Shown in pieces: positions 50,190 to 62,898 of a DNA stretch of 64,000 nt; positions within the stretch are counted from its first letter, which is position 1, and each line of letters opens with the position of its first letter. Origin of the DNA: Harriotta raleighana (taxonomy: Eukaryota); NCBI GenBank assembly GCA_050575255.1, contig JBNZDD010013687.1, forward strand, positions 661,024 to 725,023, in the 5' to 3' direction. A model generated the notes under the pieces. The model was not told the origin of the DNA. It saw nothing but the letters and a program-made list of their open reading frames with translations, and made no database searches. A program made the translations under genes and the position numbers.

Positions 50190-53100
50190 TATTCATTGAT
50201 CATTCACATCATGGGTGCTTGTTGGACATTGCCATGCATAAATTGACTGCTATGTTCACCTGCATAGTACACAGTCACTACACTTTGCAGGAGATCCTGT
50301 GAAGCACTTTGAGATGTACGTCCTGATGTGAAAGGCACTGTGTCACATGCAATAATTATTTTAATTACTCATAACAGCTTCTCGTTTCCTTCTTTGCACA
50401 AGTGGTGTGTGATTCGAATACTGCATGTATTTTAAGAAGAGAAATTCCCATGTTAATTAATGTTGCAAACTAAATTCACCAGACTGTTTCTATATTCATT
50501 CTAAAGGAAGCTTTCTGGAATTGTGATCAGTGGGGTTGAGCAGACATGGAAGGGAATCAACATAAATTTAGAATCCCATTGTAATATTTTTTTAATACCA
50601 CAGCAAAATTTCAGCAGTGTTATTGTTTAAATATTACCTAAAGCAGAATGTAAAATAGCTGTCAATTTGGAAGAAGAATTTCCTTGCCAAACAATTGCTG
50701 TCTGGATCTGCAGGATGCCTTTGGAGTAGTACTGAAAAAGCACAAGAGCGTGCGCTGAATATTGAGAGGAAATACTGTATTGCATTGTCGCTCCCTTGAA
50801 GACACCACGCCAAATGCACAGAAACAATTGCAAGTTTTTCAGCTCCCAGACAGAGTTCACTTTATTCCTTACATCAGGTTAAGGATAGAACCAGACGGAT
50901 GCCAATTTGTATCACGCTGTTTGCCATCACAATGCATTCTGTGAGGAAGGTAAACTAACTAGGGGGTAGAAGGAGCAATCTGAATGATTGGTAGACCGTA
51001 TAATTTGTCAGTTGATGGACATCACCTTTGTTTATCACATTCCTATATATCCGTACGTCCAAGAAGCAGAATTACCAAAAGGATCATTAGCATGACATTT
51101 CCACTTTCTCAGCACCTCAAGGAACCTGAAGTGGAAATGGCTGCTTTTTTCTCACCTGCTACTTACTGACCTAGAAAGTAGTGGACACAATTTATCTGTT
51201 TGTGTTCACACCGTTGGTTTTCTGAATTTGGATGAAACTAATCAGGTGGAATCAATTGTTCAAATGTGTATATGTTAGAAAAGTTCATCAAGAGAACACT
51301 TTGGGTTTAATCGTGGGAACTTATTTCAGAAAAGTTCACAAACTCTAACATCACCAGGAATTGCACAGAAACATTTGGTAATGCTCTTGCTGTTCCCAGC
51401 CTCTGCACAAATTGATCTTTTTTTATTATAGAACTTCACTTCATGATCTCTCTGACAACCAACCATTTGCGTTGTGGACCTGACGATGACACAAGCATCC
51501 ATTTAGATGTGGATATTCCAAGTATTTCACTACTCATATTGGTAGAAAACATTACTGTGACCTATCTTGTGGTTGCTAATGTTTTTCTGACACTTATTGA
51601 AATTAGGTAGTGTGCAAAATAATTGTTGGGGAAGATAAAATAGGAGTAGAACTGCTGGTGAGATGAAACAAAGTTAGCTTCAACAAGCTACAAGTGTTCT
51701 CTTGTTAGCTTCAGGCTCTTGTCACCTGGAGTCCCACCAGTAGCATTACCATATTAAGTCCTTACATCCTCAGGGTCTTTGAGTAAAGGTAGCCCTAGCC
51801 CTACAGGTCTTCCAACAATAATATCAGCAACATTTAAGCAGTTCTGATCTCTTAACATGTTCATGCTTGCCAAATGCACTCTGATACAAGAACAAGTTTG
51901 CATTCAAATGCACGGAGACTGCTCTTCTGGGGGGCAAATTTCTGAAAATAGTAAATATCCTTAGAGTGCATAGATTGTTCATAATTTACAGATTATTTGG
52001 GGATATATTTTGTTCTATTGCATTATTGATTGTATTAATAATGTTAAAAAATCATATTCATGATGAATCTAATCCAATATCTTTCAGGTTACAAAACAGG
52101 CTTTGAAGACAAAATATAATTTAATAGAAATAAAATGAATGTGATTCAGGCAAACATGTTGCAACATATAGTTATTATATCCAATATTCACTTCGATCTT
52201 CAAAATTAAACATTAAGCAAGTTTTTTTTGATATATTTTGGCAACTCATCTGCTTTAATCTGAAAATTGTAAAAGAGCTGTAGGAGTAGGGAATCTGTGC
52301 TTCTTTTGAACAGCAGCCAGGAGATGCATTGCAAAGAGTACTTTTGATCTACAGAGGCAATACACCTGGGTAGAGGTAAAAAAAAATTGTGGTAAAATTG
52401 CACCTGAATTTAAATTTATCTTATTGATAGAGTCTTTCAGAATGTCTAGAACTTTGGCAAATTCTTGAATTCAGCCTTAACTTTAGATTTGTTTTCTTAT
52501 GTTCTTAAAGGAACTTACAGAAAACAGGCTTCAAAGTTAAGGCTGCATTTAAGAATTTGTCAAATTCTGGCTGCTCTGAAATGCTACCTTAATAAACTAA
52601 AATCTAGTCCCAAATGGGATTTTTATGCATTGATTTTACAATGTGCAGCAGTAGAAAAACTGTGTACATGGCTTGTTTAATATTCAAAAACATGATACGC
52701 CTGTTTAGGTGAATGTTAAGGATTTCATGGTATTATTCAAAAAAAGATGTTCACCCGGTGTTCTGGTCAACAATTCCCCAAATAAAATGGCTGTTTCTGA
52801 CACATTCTTGTGTGCAAATTAGATGCCATGTTTGCCTTCAAAATACACAGTTACTCCTCTTTATAGGATATCCAATGAAGCGCTTTGAGACAGCCTCCCA
52901 GCACTAGATGAATTAAAGACGCTATATGAAACATTAGGATTAAAGGATTATCTTTTTTTAAATTCCATTTTCACGGCGAGAATTTGTCAGGTTCCCTTTT
53001 CTTTGCGACCTTTGATGTTGCAGAACCACTGAATATTCCACCCTGTAAACAAAGCGAAGAAACCTATTTTAACTGCTTACCAGGCGCAATCTATTTATTT

Positions 53101-53216
53101 TGACAAACTGTTTTCACAGTGCAGCTGGTTCTTTATTTCTGTGGTTGTCTGCAGCTGAAAGCTGTGTATTGTACACAATTGAAAGGATGATCAGAATGAA
53201 TTATTATGGTGCAGGA

Positions 53217-54687
53217 TTGCTTTCATCAGTTGTGGTTTGTACATGCTTTACGTAGCCGTATCAGCCACACTGTGATGTGGGCTACCTCCACACTGCACTG
53301 GGTACTCAGGCAGTGGAGGGCACTGGGGCAAAGTCTGCATTGCCAAAATCAAGTCTTTATAAATAAGTATGGAAGAACAGCTGACAACGACTGAGATTGC
53401 TTTCAGTTTGGAATGGGAATCAGTTCTCATTTTCTAACAAATCATTATTAACTGTAATTTAATATACAACTGACATACTGTACATGAAACGACTGCGCTT
53501 TGCTATGCAATTTTGGCATGTGGTGGGTGCATGGTTTCTGCAGAATGCCAAAAAAGAGAGCTCCTTTCTGACACGTTGACAGAGTCAGTGATGAGGCTAA
53601 TCTGTAAATCACTCCGAATTTACCACAAGCTCTGCCAGACAGACATATTAAATTGGAGGAATTCATTGCTGGAGCTTGGAATTTGATACCAGAGATTGTC
53701 CTCAAAGAGATTCGTATGAATTTCAGCTTTGGAAATCTTAAATCTATGGGTCATTTTAGGAAAATTCCCCCAGGGTAAGAGATAGAAGCATGACCAACTT
53801 TGAAAAAACAGTAAAAGTATACCGAATAAAAGGAAAACATTTCACATGACTTCACACAAAATCTTCAGATCACGCCTGAAAACCTTCCTCTTCAAACTCA
53901 TTTACCCCCCCAGCTTGGCATTGTGCTCTGTCCCATCAAGCGCTCTGGAATGCTACCCTGCGTTGAGGAGCACTATATAGATGCAAATTGTTGTTTTTGA
54001 CCACATCTGCATAGCTCACGTTTCTGAATAATCTCAGCCATCATTATCCCATTGTGGACATTGCGACAAAAATGCGACACATCTGATGATATTAATGAAC
54101 AAGATGTCCCCCTCCAATGTGCAGTATTCCATTCTGCAGAGCTGATACCTAGTGTTGCTGAACCCTATGGTCTTATCCATAGGGTTATCGATATAACAAA
54201 CCCCACTTCCATGACTGTTTGTGGGTCACTGCCTTGCGCAATTTGGCTGCCGCGTTTCGCCCACAAATATACAGTCAATTTTCCTACTTTCCTTCGCCCG
54301 ACCCCTCCCCCCCTGCTCTGATCCCTACTTGACTGCTCAGCAGTTAAAGGCACTTTTGTTGTTATTGTTGTTGCTTTCATCAGTTGTGGCTTGTACATTC
54401 TTATAAGGAGCTGAAACAGCCACACTGTGACTTGGGCTATTCAGCCAGTGGAGGGCACTGGGGGCAAAGTCTGCATTTGCCCAAATCGAACCTATATAAA
54501 CAAATTGTTGTTTTTGACTACGACCGCATGGCTCCCATTTATGAGTAATCTCAGCCGTCATTTTCCCATTACTAAGATTGTCACTTAAAATGCCACGCAT
54601 CTGATGATAGACATGAACACGATTTCCAGACACATGTGCAGATATTCCATTCTGCCCAGTGTTGCCCAACCCTATAGTCATATCCAC
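53217..54687 (+). repeat. Old local duplication with one copy interrupted
   Basis: 54371-54500 matches 53217-53365, and 54495-54687 matches 53975-54180. Confidence 0.85.
53430..53710. promoter_or_regulatory. Putative conserved non-coding element
   Basis: Unique sequence with clustered TAAT, TGACA and TAAATCA (Pbx-Hox-like) motifs. Confidence 0.25.
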
Positions 54688-55628
54688 GTGAGTGTCTGTG
54701 GCTAAGCTTCAGATAGACTCACCACTCCAGATAACTCATCACTGAGCCCTTTCCCCTTGGAACGACAACAAGAAAATTACATTTATGGAACGCCTTTCAC
54801 GTCGGGAGGACATCCCAAAGAGCTGGAACAATGAGTTATCAGGAGATTAAAGAATCAGTTTTAATGACTTGCTGAACTGAAGCCATTAGTTCTCCCAATT
54901 GTGTGCTGATCCATGTTGCATGAGCAACTCAGAGTTTTGAAATTCACACTTTGGGATTTCCGGTAGTACAGCACAGGCTTGAAGGATACGTCCCTGTGCA
55001 CACACACTGCTCCTCTGCCAGCGTGCTTCTTATTTCCCCTGCAGTGCCTGCTCTACCTTTTGTTTTCCTTTTTTGCTTAAAATTTGTTGGCAAACCGAGA
55101 AGGACTCCTCATAAAATCGAGTCTGCTGGCTTTTTGTTGATTGACAATATATCACAAAACCTCCTCTGGGAGCAGCCGTTTGGCAGAAGAGGACTTGATT
55201 CGCCAACATGTGTTTTAGATGAAGAAGAAATTGAACTCCCAACAGTAATACAAACTGTACGACTACACAAGTAATTCTGCTTCATTTCAGCTCACAAGCT
55301 AATGCTGCATTGCAACAATTGCCAGCCTTTGCATTTATTATCTAATATTACACAACTACTGTCTCACCTAACGTGATGCCAAACTGTCAAGATTTGCTGG
55401 GAGAGTCTCGATTACAGCAATCAAAGGCAAAGAGCTTTGCTAAAATGTATCTTTTAGATAGTGGCAGGGGTGGGTTAAGATTGAATAAAAACCCTTGGGA
55501 ATGATCAGCCTTCGCTTAAGGAGAAATAACTATTTGCTACAGAGGCTGAATGGGGAAATGCATAACATTATTTGCAGTTGTTTGCTAAAAGTCTGCAGAA
55601 CTCTAAATTACTCCAGTGATTTCCCAAA

Positions 55629-55817
55629 AGGTGTGTTAAAAAGATTGTGGCTGATGAAATCCATATGTACAGCATATTTTCCAAAAAAAAAATTAATACA
55701 TTAGAAGGCCTTCTAATGCAAAANGGTGTGTTAAAAAGATTGTGGCTGATGAAATCCATATGTACAGCATATTTGCCCAAAAAAAATTTCATCTNTAGAA
55801 GGCCTTCTAATGCAAAA
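55629..55817. repeat. About 95-bp tandem duplication joined at an N (probable assembly artefact)
   Basis: GGTGTGTTAAAAGATTGTGGCTGATGAAATCC...TAGAAGGCCTTCTAATGCAAAA occurs twice; N at 55724 and within the second copy. Confidence 0.9.
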
Positions 55818-56654
55818 ACATCATCCCTGCTGTTTGGTTTGGCTGCCTGAATATTTTGCATTATTGCAAACTTACATTTTGATCAGAATAGTCCAATTAA
55901 TGCTACAGTAATTATTACTTTCAAATTGCTGCCTTGAATAATCTACATTTTAACTTCAGGATTTTTTTTTTGAGGTGACCATTGCAGAGCTGTAGACTAA
56001 ACATTTTGGTGAAAATGGTTCTGTTGTGTAACTAAGCTTCAATGCATTTCTGTGGTTACCTTAGAACTGCTGTAATACCTGCCAAAACTTCCAGATGTAA
56101 CTTAAAAGTAGACAGCAGTTTTCAGCATAAAGCGACTGCTTTGCAGAATGTGAATTGCAAGGTTGTAGGTTTGCTGTTAAAATGTTTGTTTTAAACAGAA
56201 TCAAATGACGGTCAGATGCAAGGAGAGATCGGTCAATCAAACCATAAGCAATGCAGTCATATTTTCAGCTTGGATTAGTACATATAACCCCTCCCTTTTA
56301 ATCTATATTTGTGCTAGCTGCATGCATGAGGGGCATTATTTATTTTGTTTTCTTTGAAAAGAATCCTGCAATTTGATCAAATATATTACGTGATATGTGC
56401 CACCCAGTTATCTAAATAATGACTCATTGAATACTAATGGCTTTGCAAACTTTGAAAATGCAGCCTCTCTCATTTCTTAAATAAATGTCTGCAAAATGGT
56501 TTATAATAGGGGCTCAAATTATACACACAAACAGCCAGAGAATATGAAACTAGAAACCCGCAAACGTATTATTTCTGATCCTCAAAGGATTAAAATCTAA
56601 AGTGGTGCCGGTGGAGTATAACAACCCCTAACAATTGCAACACCATCAGAAATA

Positions 56655-56956
56655 ATCCTTAGAATTTGACGTGGAGCATTATTATGTTGTGAAGATGTCT
56701 CAAAGTACTTCACAGGAGTTAGCGTGAAGTCTACTGATTGTGTATTTGTAGATAATCACAGCAGCCAAATTACCCATAGCAAAGTTTCACAAACAATGAA
56801 TGAGGGATCATTGGGCAGGACATTCCTTTTCGAATAGTGCAGTAGGATCTTTAACATATACCTGAACAAACAGACGGGAACTTGGTTTAATAACTCAACC
56901 GAAATCGGTGTCACTGACAGTGGTGTAAAAATCCCTGTGTTGCACTGGAGTGTCCA
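56655..56956 (-). mobile_element. DeuSINE/SacSINE-like SINE
   Basis: CAGCAGCCAAATT...TTCGAATAGTGCAGTAGGATCTTTAACAT...CAGACGGGAACTTGGTTTAA...GCACTGGAGTGTC. Confidence 0.75.
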
Positions 56957-57064
56957 AAATAATCCTTGCATATGCAGTCACGATACTTCACAGTAAAATC
57001 CTCCAAGATACTTAAGTACAGTACTTTGAACTCATATATGGTGATCCTCTAATGTTGTGTTGAA

Positions 57065-57222
57065 GGGAGTGTTCTGGACTGCCCTGGCCAAAAATCTCTC
57101 AAATAAAATTAGTCAATCATTTCATGGCTGTTTGTAGAACATTGTTGAGTGAAAATTGGCTGGTGTGTTGATGCACAAAATACTGTCATGACACGTTACA
57201 GTAATTTCTGTGAAGCTCTTTA
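57065..57222 (+). mobile_element. SacSINE-like 3' half, cut before the tail
   Basis: CCTGGCCAAAATC...GCTGTTTGTAGAACATTG...AAATTGGCTG...CTGTGAAGCTCTTT. Confidence 0.55.
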
Positions 57223-57253
57223 AGAAGGCCTTCTAATGTATTAAGTATTAAAT

Positions 57254-57555
57254 ACTGTAGCTCAGTGGTTAGAGCACTCACCTTACAAGCATGAGACCTG
57301 TGTTCTAATCCAGGCAGGGTGAAACCTTGGGCAAGTTTCTTTACTCCACATGCCCAATAATAATCCCTCAAAAAAAACTATAATAAATTGGATATTTCAA
57401 TCCACGACTGTTTGTGGAACACTGCTGTTCACAATTGGCTGCTACGTTTCACCCATAAATATACAGTCAATTCACTTTACAGTATATTCTGTGAAGCACT
57501 TTGAGGCGTCTAGAAGATGCGAAAAGCACTATATCAAATGCAAAGATTATTATTA
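57254..57555 (+). mobile_element. tRNA-derived SINE, near full length
   Basis: CTGTAGCTCAGTGGTTAGAGCACTCACC...GTTCTAATCCAGGC...TATCAAATGCAAAGATTATTATT. Confidence 0.93.
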
Positions 57556-59674
57556 AATGTATTTAACGCAAGCATTATTATTATATGAGTAGTAATAGTG
57601 CTAAGCTTTGTATTTTGAATTTTAAAAAGCAAGTTATTATAATGTAACACAATCAACCTAATGTACATACCTGAGTGATGTTTATTTCTCCCCAAAAGTC
57701 TTTATAATTATACACAAAACCAGCTAATTGTAACTATTTGAAAATGTGCATTAAATATGCTATTTTGCTTCACTTTTAGCTTCTGTTCCAGTTGTTTAAA
57801 AGTAGTCCAAATCTGTGAGTTCTGCCAGGAATCCAGCCAGTCTGCCATTTTCATTTCACCCGTGCGGCCCACTGACGTATATTACACAAAGACACCTCTA
57901 TGCTCCTTCTCTGACGTCTATCTAAAGTCAATTTAGAGAAACCCCAACACCAGCAGAGAGAGTGCAGAGTTGTCTGCTTTTATTTTACAGATAAATTCTC
58001 AATCAAAGCCAAGAGTATGCGGTTCACCAGTCAGATAGGCTGAAGGTTGATAAAACCCCTGTGAAATATCAACTTCTTAAATTGGGACATGTTTCCGCAA
58101 ACTATAATTTAACACACTAAATTTGTTGCTAAGGAGAAAGAGTTTATTTGCTGTCCAGTTTATGTCACTGCGCTTGGGTGAGGAATCAGTGCACATGCAG
58201 CACTGAAAAAGGCTTTAGAGTACAGTGGTCATCCAGACACATCGATCAAATCACAGTTAGATATCACACCTGGATTTTATAGTTGCTGAATGAGGAACGT
58301 ACCTAGCCCTTATTCTGATGTACTAACTATTTGAAACCCAAATTTAATGTATTTATTACATGTGAACTGGTACACCACACCCCAAAAATATCCCACTTCC
58401 AGGTCCCAGGTTCAATACTGTATCATTTCCTGCATGACATCAGTGGCATTTCTTGCACATGCTGTGAAGGTCTACAAAATACACACTTTACAATATTCCT
58501 CTAAAGCACTTTGAGAACCCCTTCTGTCTCAAATAACAAATATCTCGTACACATATGAAATCTGGGCAATATTATTATTTGATCAGGATTTTGTTTGCCT
58601 CGGGGCATTGCCCTTCAAAGCAAACCTGCCTTATGAGGGAACACCTTACTGGTTCTACTGTTTTCCCCTCCAGCTGAGATATTTAAAGTAATGAAGGGAA
58701 TTGACATTTCTTCCCTCTGGTGGACAAATTCGAACAAGGGGACAGAATCTTAATACTGCACTGGTTAAAAGTACTGTATAACAGAAAACACGCACAGGGT
58801 TATGAGATACAATTCACCCGAAGGCCATAACTGCAGAATTGATGCTTAAAATGAAAATAAATATGTGGGAAGTAACAGTACTAAGTGAGGGATATGAGAA
58901 AGAATGGGGAAATGGGATTAGATATAAAACCCAATAAAATAGCAGAGCAAGTTCTTACTTCCATTGCATGTCTCACAGACATTGTTATACGACTGTAATT
59001 ACAGACATTTCTATCATCCACAAACTGTACCAAGTTAGAGATAATGTAAATTCAATTATTTGTGACACATTATTCATCGTAATATTTGTACGAAACAATG
59101 GTGGAATGAAGATTATTTCTTAGTTGAAACTGTTGTACTGTACAGTACAGAATTACTGTTTATCGAGAGGTATATTTCCAGTTTGTTATAACTGAGTGTG
59201 TTTGCAAGATAGATTACAAGCTAGATTTAGATGTTTACTATTCAGTCGAAGGAACCAATTTTCCAATTTGGTGGGAGGCAGAGGAAGGAGCCAGCTACAT
59301 TTCCTCTGGGCTACATATCATTAACATAATCCAATCATAATTAAATCAACCAGACGCCACAATGCCCCCAAAGACTTGTGTACTTCCTCTTACCCATGAT
59401 TCAGATGGACACAAGTTTGTAAGGTCAGTCATCCCATTCTCCCTGTGCTGGAGAAGTCTGGTGAGCATCAGTATGTCTATTTGATGCTGCTTATAAAGTC
59501 AGCAGTAATCCATTTGATAATTGGCAATAGAGACTAAACCTCTAGCAGCACCAATATGAAACAGTATTATTTTCACATCAAGGATGTCCATCAACCTGAC
59601 TCTCATTCTTTGCCAGAGCATTTTGTCTTGCGGCAGTTTTGCTGATTATCTTTCATGGTGCTTGTGCCAAATCC

Positions 59675-59910
59675 TCACCTCGATTAGCTGCAGTAAATTG
59701 GGGGAAATAGCGTGCAAAGGCACTTTCACGCTCTCAGCAGTGTGCAAATGTTTTTTCTCAAAGCTAATTTTGTGACAGAGCTCGATACAATAAAAAGAGG
59801 GGTGGCTAGTAATTAAATCTGCTGTCAATCTAATTTCATGGGAAGGTTAAATTTGCGCAAACTTAAAGTAAATTAAGCACACTTTTTAGCCATTTATGTA
59901 TTTGTCTTTC
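59675..59910. promoter_or_regulatory. Putative conserved non-coding element or enhancer
   Basis: Unique sequence with retained CpGs and TAATTA, TGTCA, ACAAT (Sox-like) and TGCAAAT (POU-like) motifs. Confidence 0.35.
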
Positions 59911-60419
59911 TCAGTGTTGTTCTGAGGAGTGACAATGGGGTTTAGTAACCGTATCTATGATTTTAAACAACATCAAGCTGGCTCTTGGTTCTCTTTGCAT
60001 TAAACTTATATTTCTCCAGATGCTTTTCTAAAGATTGCCATCATATTCCTGTCAAGTTCAATTTAGTTCTGGGTTGAGTTATAATGCAGTTTCCCTGTGA
60101 GGAAAGCCAAGTAACATAATTGTATATCTGGGAGGGCTTGACCCTCCCTCCAGGACATATGGTTTAGACATTTTTTGAATAACTTGCCCCAGTGATTTTC
60201 TGTCCCAGTCATGTCTGGAAAACAGCTTGTGATGTAGTAGCCTACTTTACAACAGAAGGTTCATCCTTAATATTGTACCAGTGATATGTTTACATAGAAC
60301 TGCCCTTACCTCTAGAATATATATTTGTTCAACACAGGCTTCACCAGGTACAATACAACTTGTCTCAGTAGGTCTCTTAAAATTCACATCCAGAAACTAT
60401 GGCTGAAGCAGAGTCTTAA

Positions 60420-60545
60420 TGTATTGAAGAAAAAGCTTGATTGATTCATAAGGGAGAAAGGATAAGAGAGGAATAGGAGGGGTTGGGAGCTCATATGGAA
60501 TATGAACATTGGCACAGTTGGGACTAATGCCCTGTTTCCATTACA
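60420..60545 (+). mobile_element. CR1 3' end remnant
   Basis: GCTTGATTGATTCATAAGGGAGAAAGGATAAG...GGAGCTCATATGGAATATGAACA...GCCCTGTTTC. Confidence 0.5.
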
Positions 60546-61102
60546 TATCACTGTTTCTCCAATCTTAGCTCCTGAGACATCTGTCCAATATGAAGGGAAA
60601 TACGGTATACAAGTATAATTTGTTCTTGCGTAACTCTGTATACCGAGCCTTGCTTAATGGAGCACTATCCCTAAGGCTTTCCATACAAGCCATCCCATCT
60701 TGCAAACAGCAAAAAATCCACAATCTTTCCAGAATAATGATAAAGTCCTTCATCACTCTCTCACTTGTGTACACAAACATCTTTAATTGGGTTGTGAAGA
60801 ACACTGATTTCCTGCTTCTTTGCTGGATATGTGTCTAAATAAATATATTTTACATCCGCTTTATAAATAAAAGTGTTCTAAAGCCTACTTTTAAGAATAC
60901 TTATTTAACAATAAGAAAATGAATCCTAGTGTCCTGAGAAACAAAGAACACCAAATGAATCAGGAATCTTACTGTTTCTCCAATTTGATAGTGATGTTGA
61001 TTGTATTATTTGAAAAGGCAAAGAATGCGAGATTTGAAGTAGTAATTTAGCTTTAAATCTAGTTGATTCAATGTGTTTAACAGTGTATTCCTGCCTTCCA
61101 TT

Positions 61103-61850
61103 CAACAACAACAACAAAATTACACTTGTATTGCACCTTTCACGTAACGAGGATGTCCCAAGCTGCTGAACAGTCATTGTTTCAGACCAAAACTGGGGTC
61201 GGGGATGGTAAGGGGGACATTTGGGTGACCGATGGGGCCATCGAAGAGGAGGGTCTTGAGGAAGGACTTGAAGGAGGCTAGGGAGGGTGGGAGGTGGACG
61301 GACTGCAGGATGGAGTTCCAGAGGTTGAGGGCAGAGTGGCTGAAGGCTCGCATGCCAATGGTGAGGATGGTGGGTCAGGGGTCGTGGAGCACGCTGGAGC
61401 TGCCTGAGCGGAGGGGCAGGCAGGTTCGTAGGGGGTTAGGAGGTCGTAGAGGTAGGGCTTTGAATGTGAGGATCTTGAATTTAATTTTCTGGGTGATGGA
61501 GAGCCAATAGAGTCAGGTGAGGATGGGGGAGATGAGGTCACAAGCAGTAAAGAATATGGATCGCTGATTTCTGGATTAGCTGAAGCCTGTGGAGGGAGAA
61601 ATTGGGAAGGCCGACAAGCATGGTGTTGGCGTAGTCGAGCCGGGATATGATGAAGGCATGAATGAGGGTTTCAGCAGCCTGAGGGGTGAGGTAATGGCAG
61701 AGTCGGTAAATATTCCAGAGGTGAGGGAAGGCAGAGTTGATCACGGCTTGGATGTAGGGAAGGAAAGACAATTGAGGTTCGAACAAGACACCTAGGTTCC
61801 TGAATAGCTTGGTGAGGTTGAGTGTGCAACCATGGAGGTTGCAACCAGTG
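61103..61850 (-). mobile_element. L2-clade LINE 3' portion (ORF2 C-terminal region, 3' UTR, (TTG)n tail)
   Basis: Minus translation LTPQAAETLIHAFIISRLDYANTMLVGLP...LHRLQLIQ is the canonical L2 post-RT region; ends in the (CAA)n tail at 61103. Confidence 0.93.
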
Positions 61851-62393
61851 CCTGATGCATGAAGTTAAAAAGAGGGACAAAATCAGGCATTAGTGTGATG
61901 TCCTGAATCTATTTTCTTGGAATGGTGAAAAAAAACTGTCAAAAAGTACTTCTGTTTCAGCAAATTTTGAAAGAGGGAATCACACATTATCAGAGAGATC
62001 AGGACAGGACAAGCATATGTGCTGTTCATAGTAATGTTCACAAGTGAATGATATTCAATTTGATTAGACTAAAAGCAGCCACAACATTTTGTTGAAAGAA
62101 ATATTGTTTGCCTCACCTTTGAATGTCTCATGTCTTCATTGCAGGAGTAAAATATCAACAACATCTCAGGGTTTTGATTTAACTGAATTAACTGTTTTGA
62201 CTGAATTAGTGTTATTTGGAGTTTAAATCTAGAATCCTCATTTTTAATGATATGGTGGTAAGCAATAATCTCATTGGTCTCAGTATTCATGAAATTACTG
62301 GTGGCCTAGAACCAATGGGAGCATATTTTTAAAGGATAGTTTTTGTGAAAGGTTTCAATGTTTGGCTATGGGTAGAAACCTGCCATAATGTTA

Positions 62394-62452
62394 TAACAAC
62401 AACAACAAAATTACACTTATAGAGCGCCTTTCACGTCGGGAGGTATTCTCAA
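62394..62452 (-). mobile_element. L2 3' tail remnant
   Basis: (CAA)n AAATTACACTTATAGAGCGCCTTTCACGTCGGGAGG. Confidence 0.7.
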
Positions 62453-62727
62453 TATCCTTCCTTCTTGCCCTCTACCCTACCTGAACACAATCCCCAGCTT
62501 GGATCCAGATCCCTGAATGTCCAATGCATTGGGATGTTCTTCCAAAGTGAAAGACTCTATACAAACATAATTTGTTATTGTTGTTGAGTCATGCACGTTT
62601 TTCAAATATTGCTCCCTGAGAACTATGTTTTATGTAATTTTTTTCAGTCGTATCAGAACAAAATTTCCATGGATCAAAGTGACATCTGAGTGGTTTTGAT
62701 CGGATGTATGTGTTACATATCCACACC

Positions 62728-62898
62728 TTCAAGAGTGAGGTTGCTAGATTTTTGGTAGGTCAGGGTATCAAGTGATATGGGGGAAAAGCATGAAATTGGA
62801 ATTGACAGGATTAGTTGAGGACAGATCAGCCATGATCTAATTGAATGACAGAACAGGCTCAAGGGCTGAATGGCCTACTCCTGTTCCTTTGTTCCTAT
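62728..62898 (+). mobile_element. CR1 LINE (HER1-like) 3' end
   Basis: TAGATTTTTGG...GATCAGCCATGATCTAATTGAATG...GGGCTGAATGGCCTACTCCTGTTCC. Confidence 0.85.

Noticed and set aside
55629-55817. Tandem duplication of about 95 bp
   Set aside because: N at the junction and differences mostly around a homopolymer; probably a haplotype or assembly artefact.
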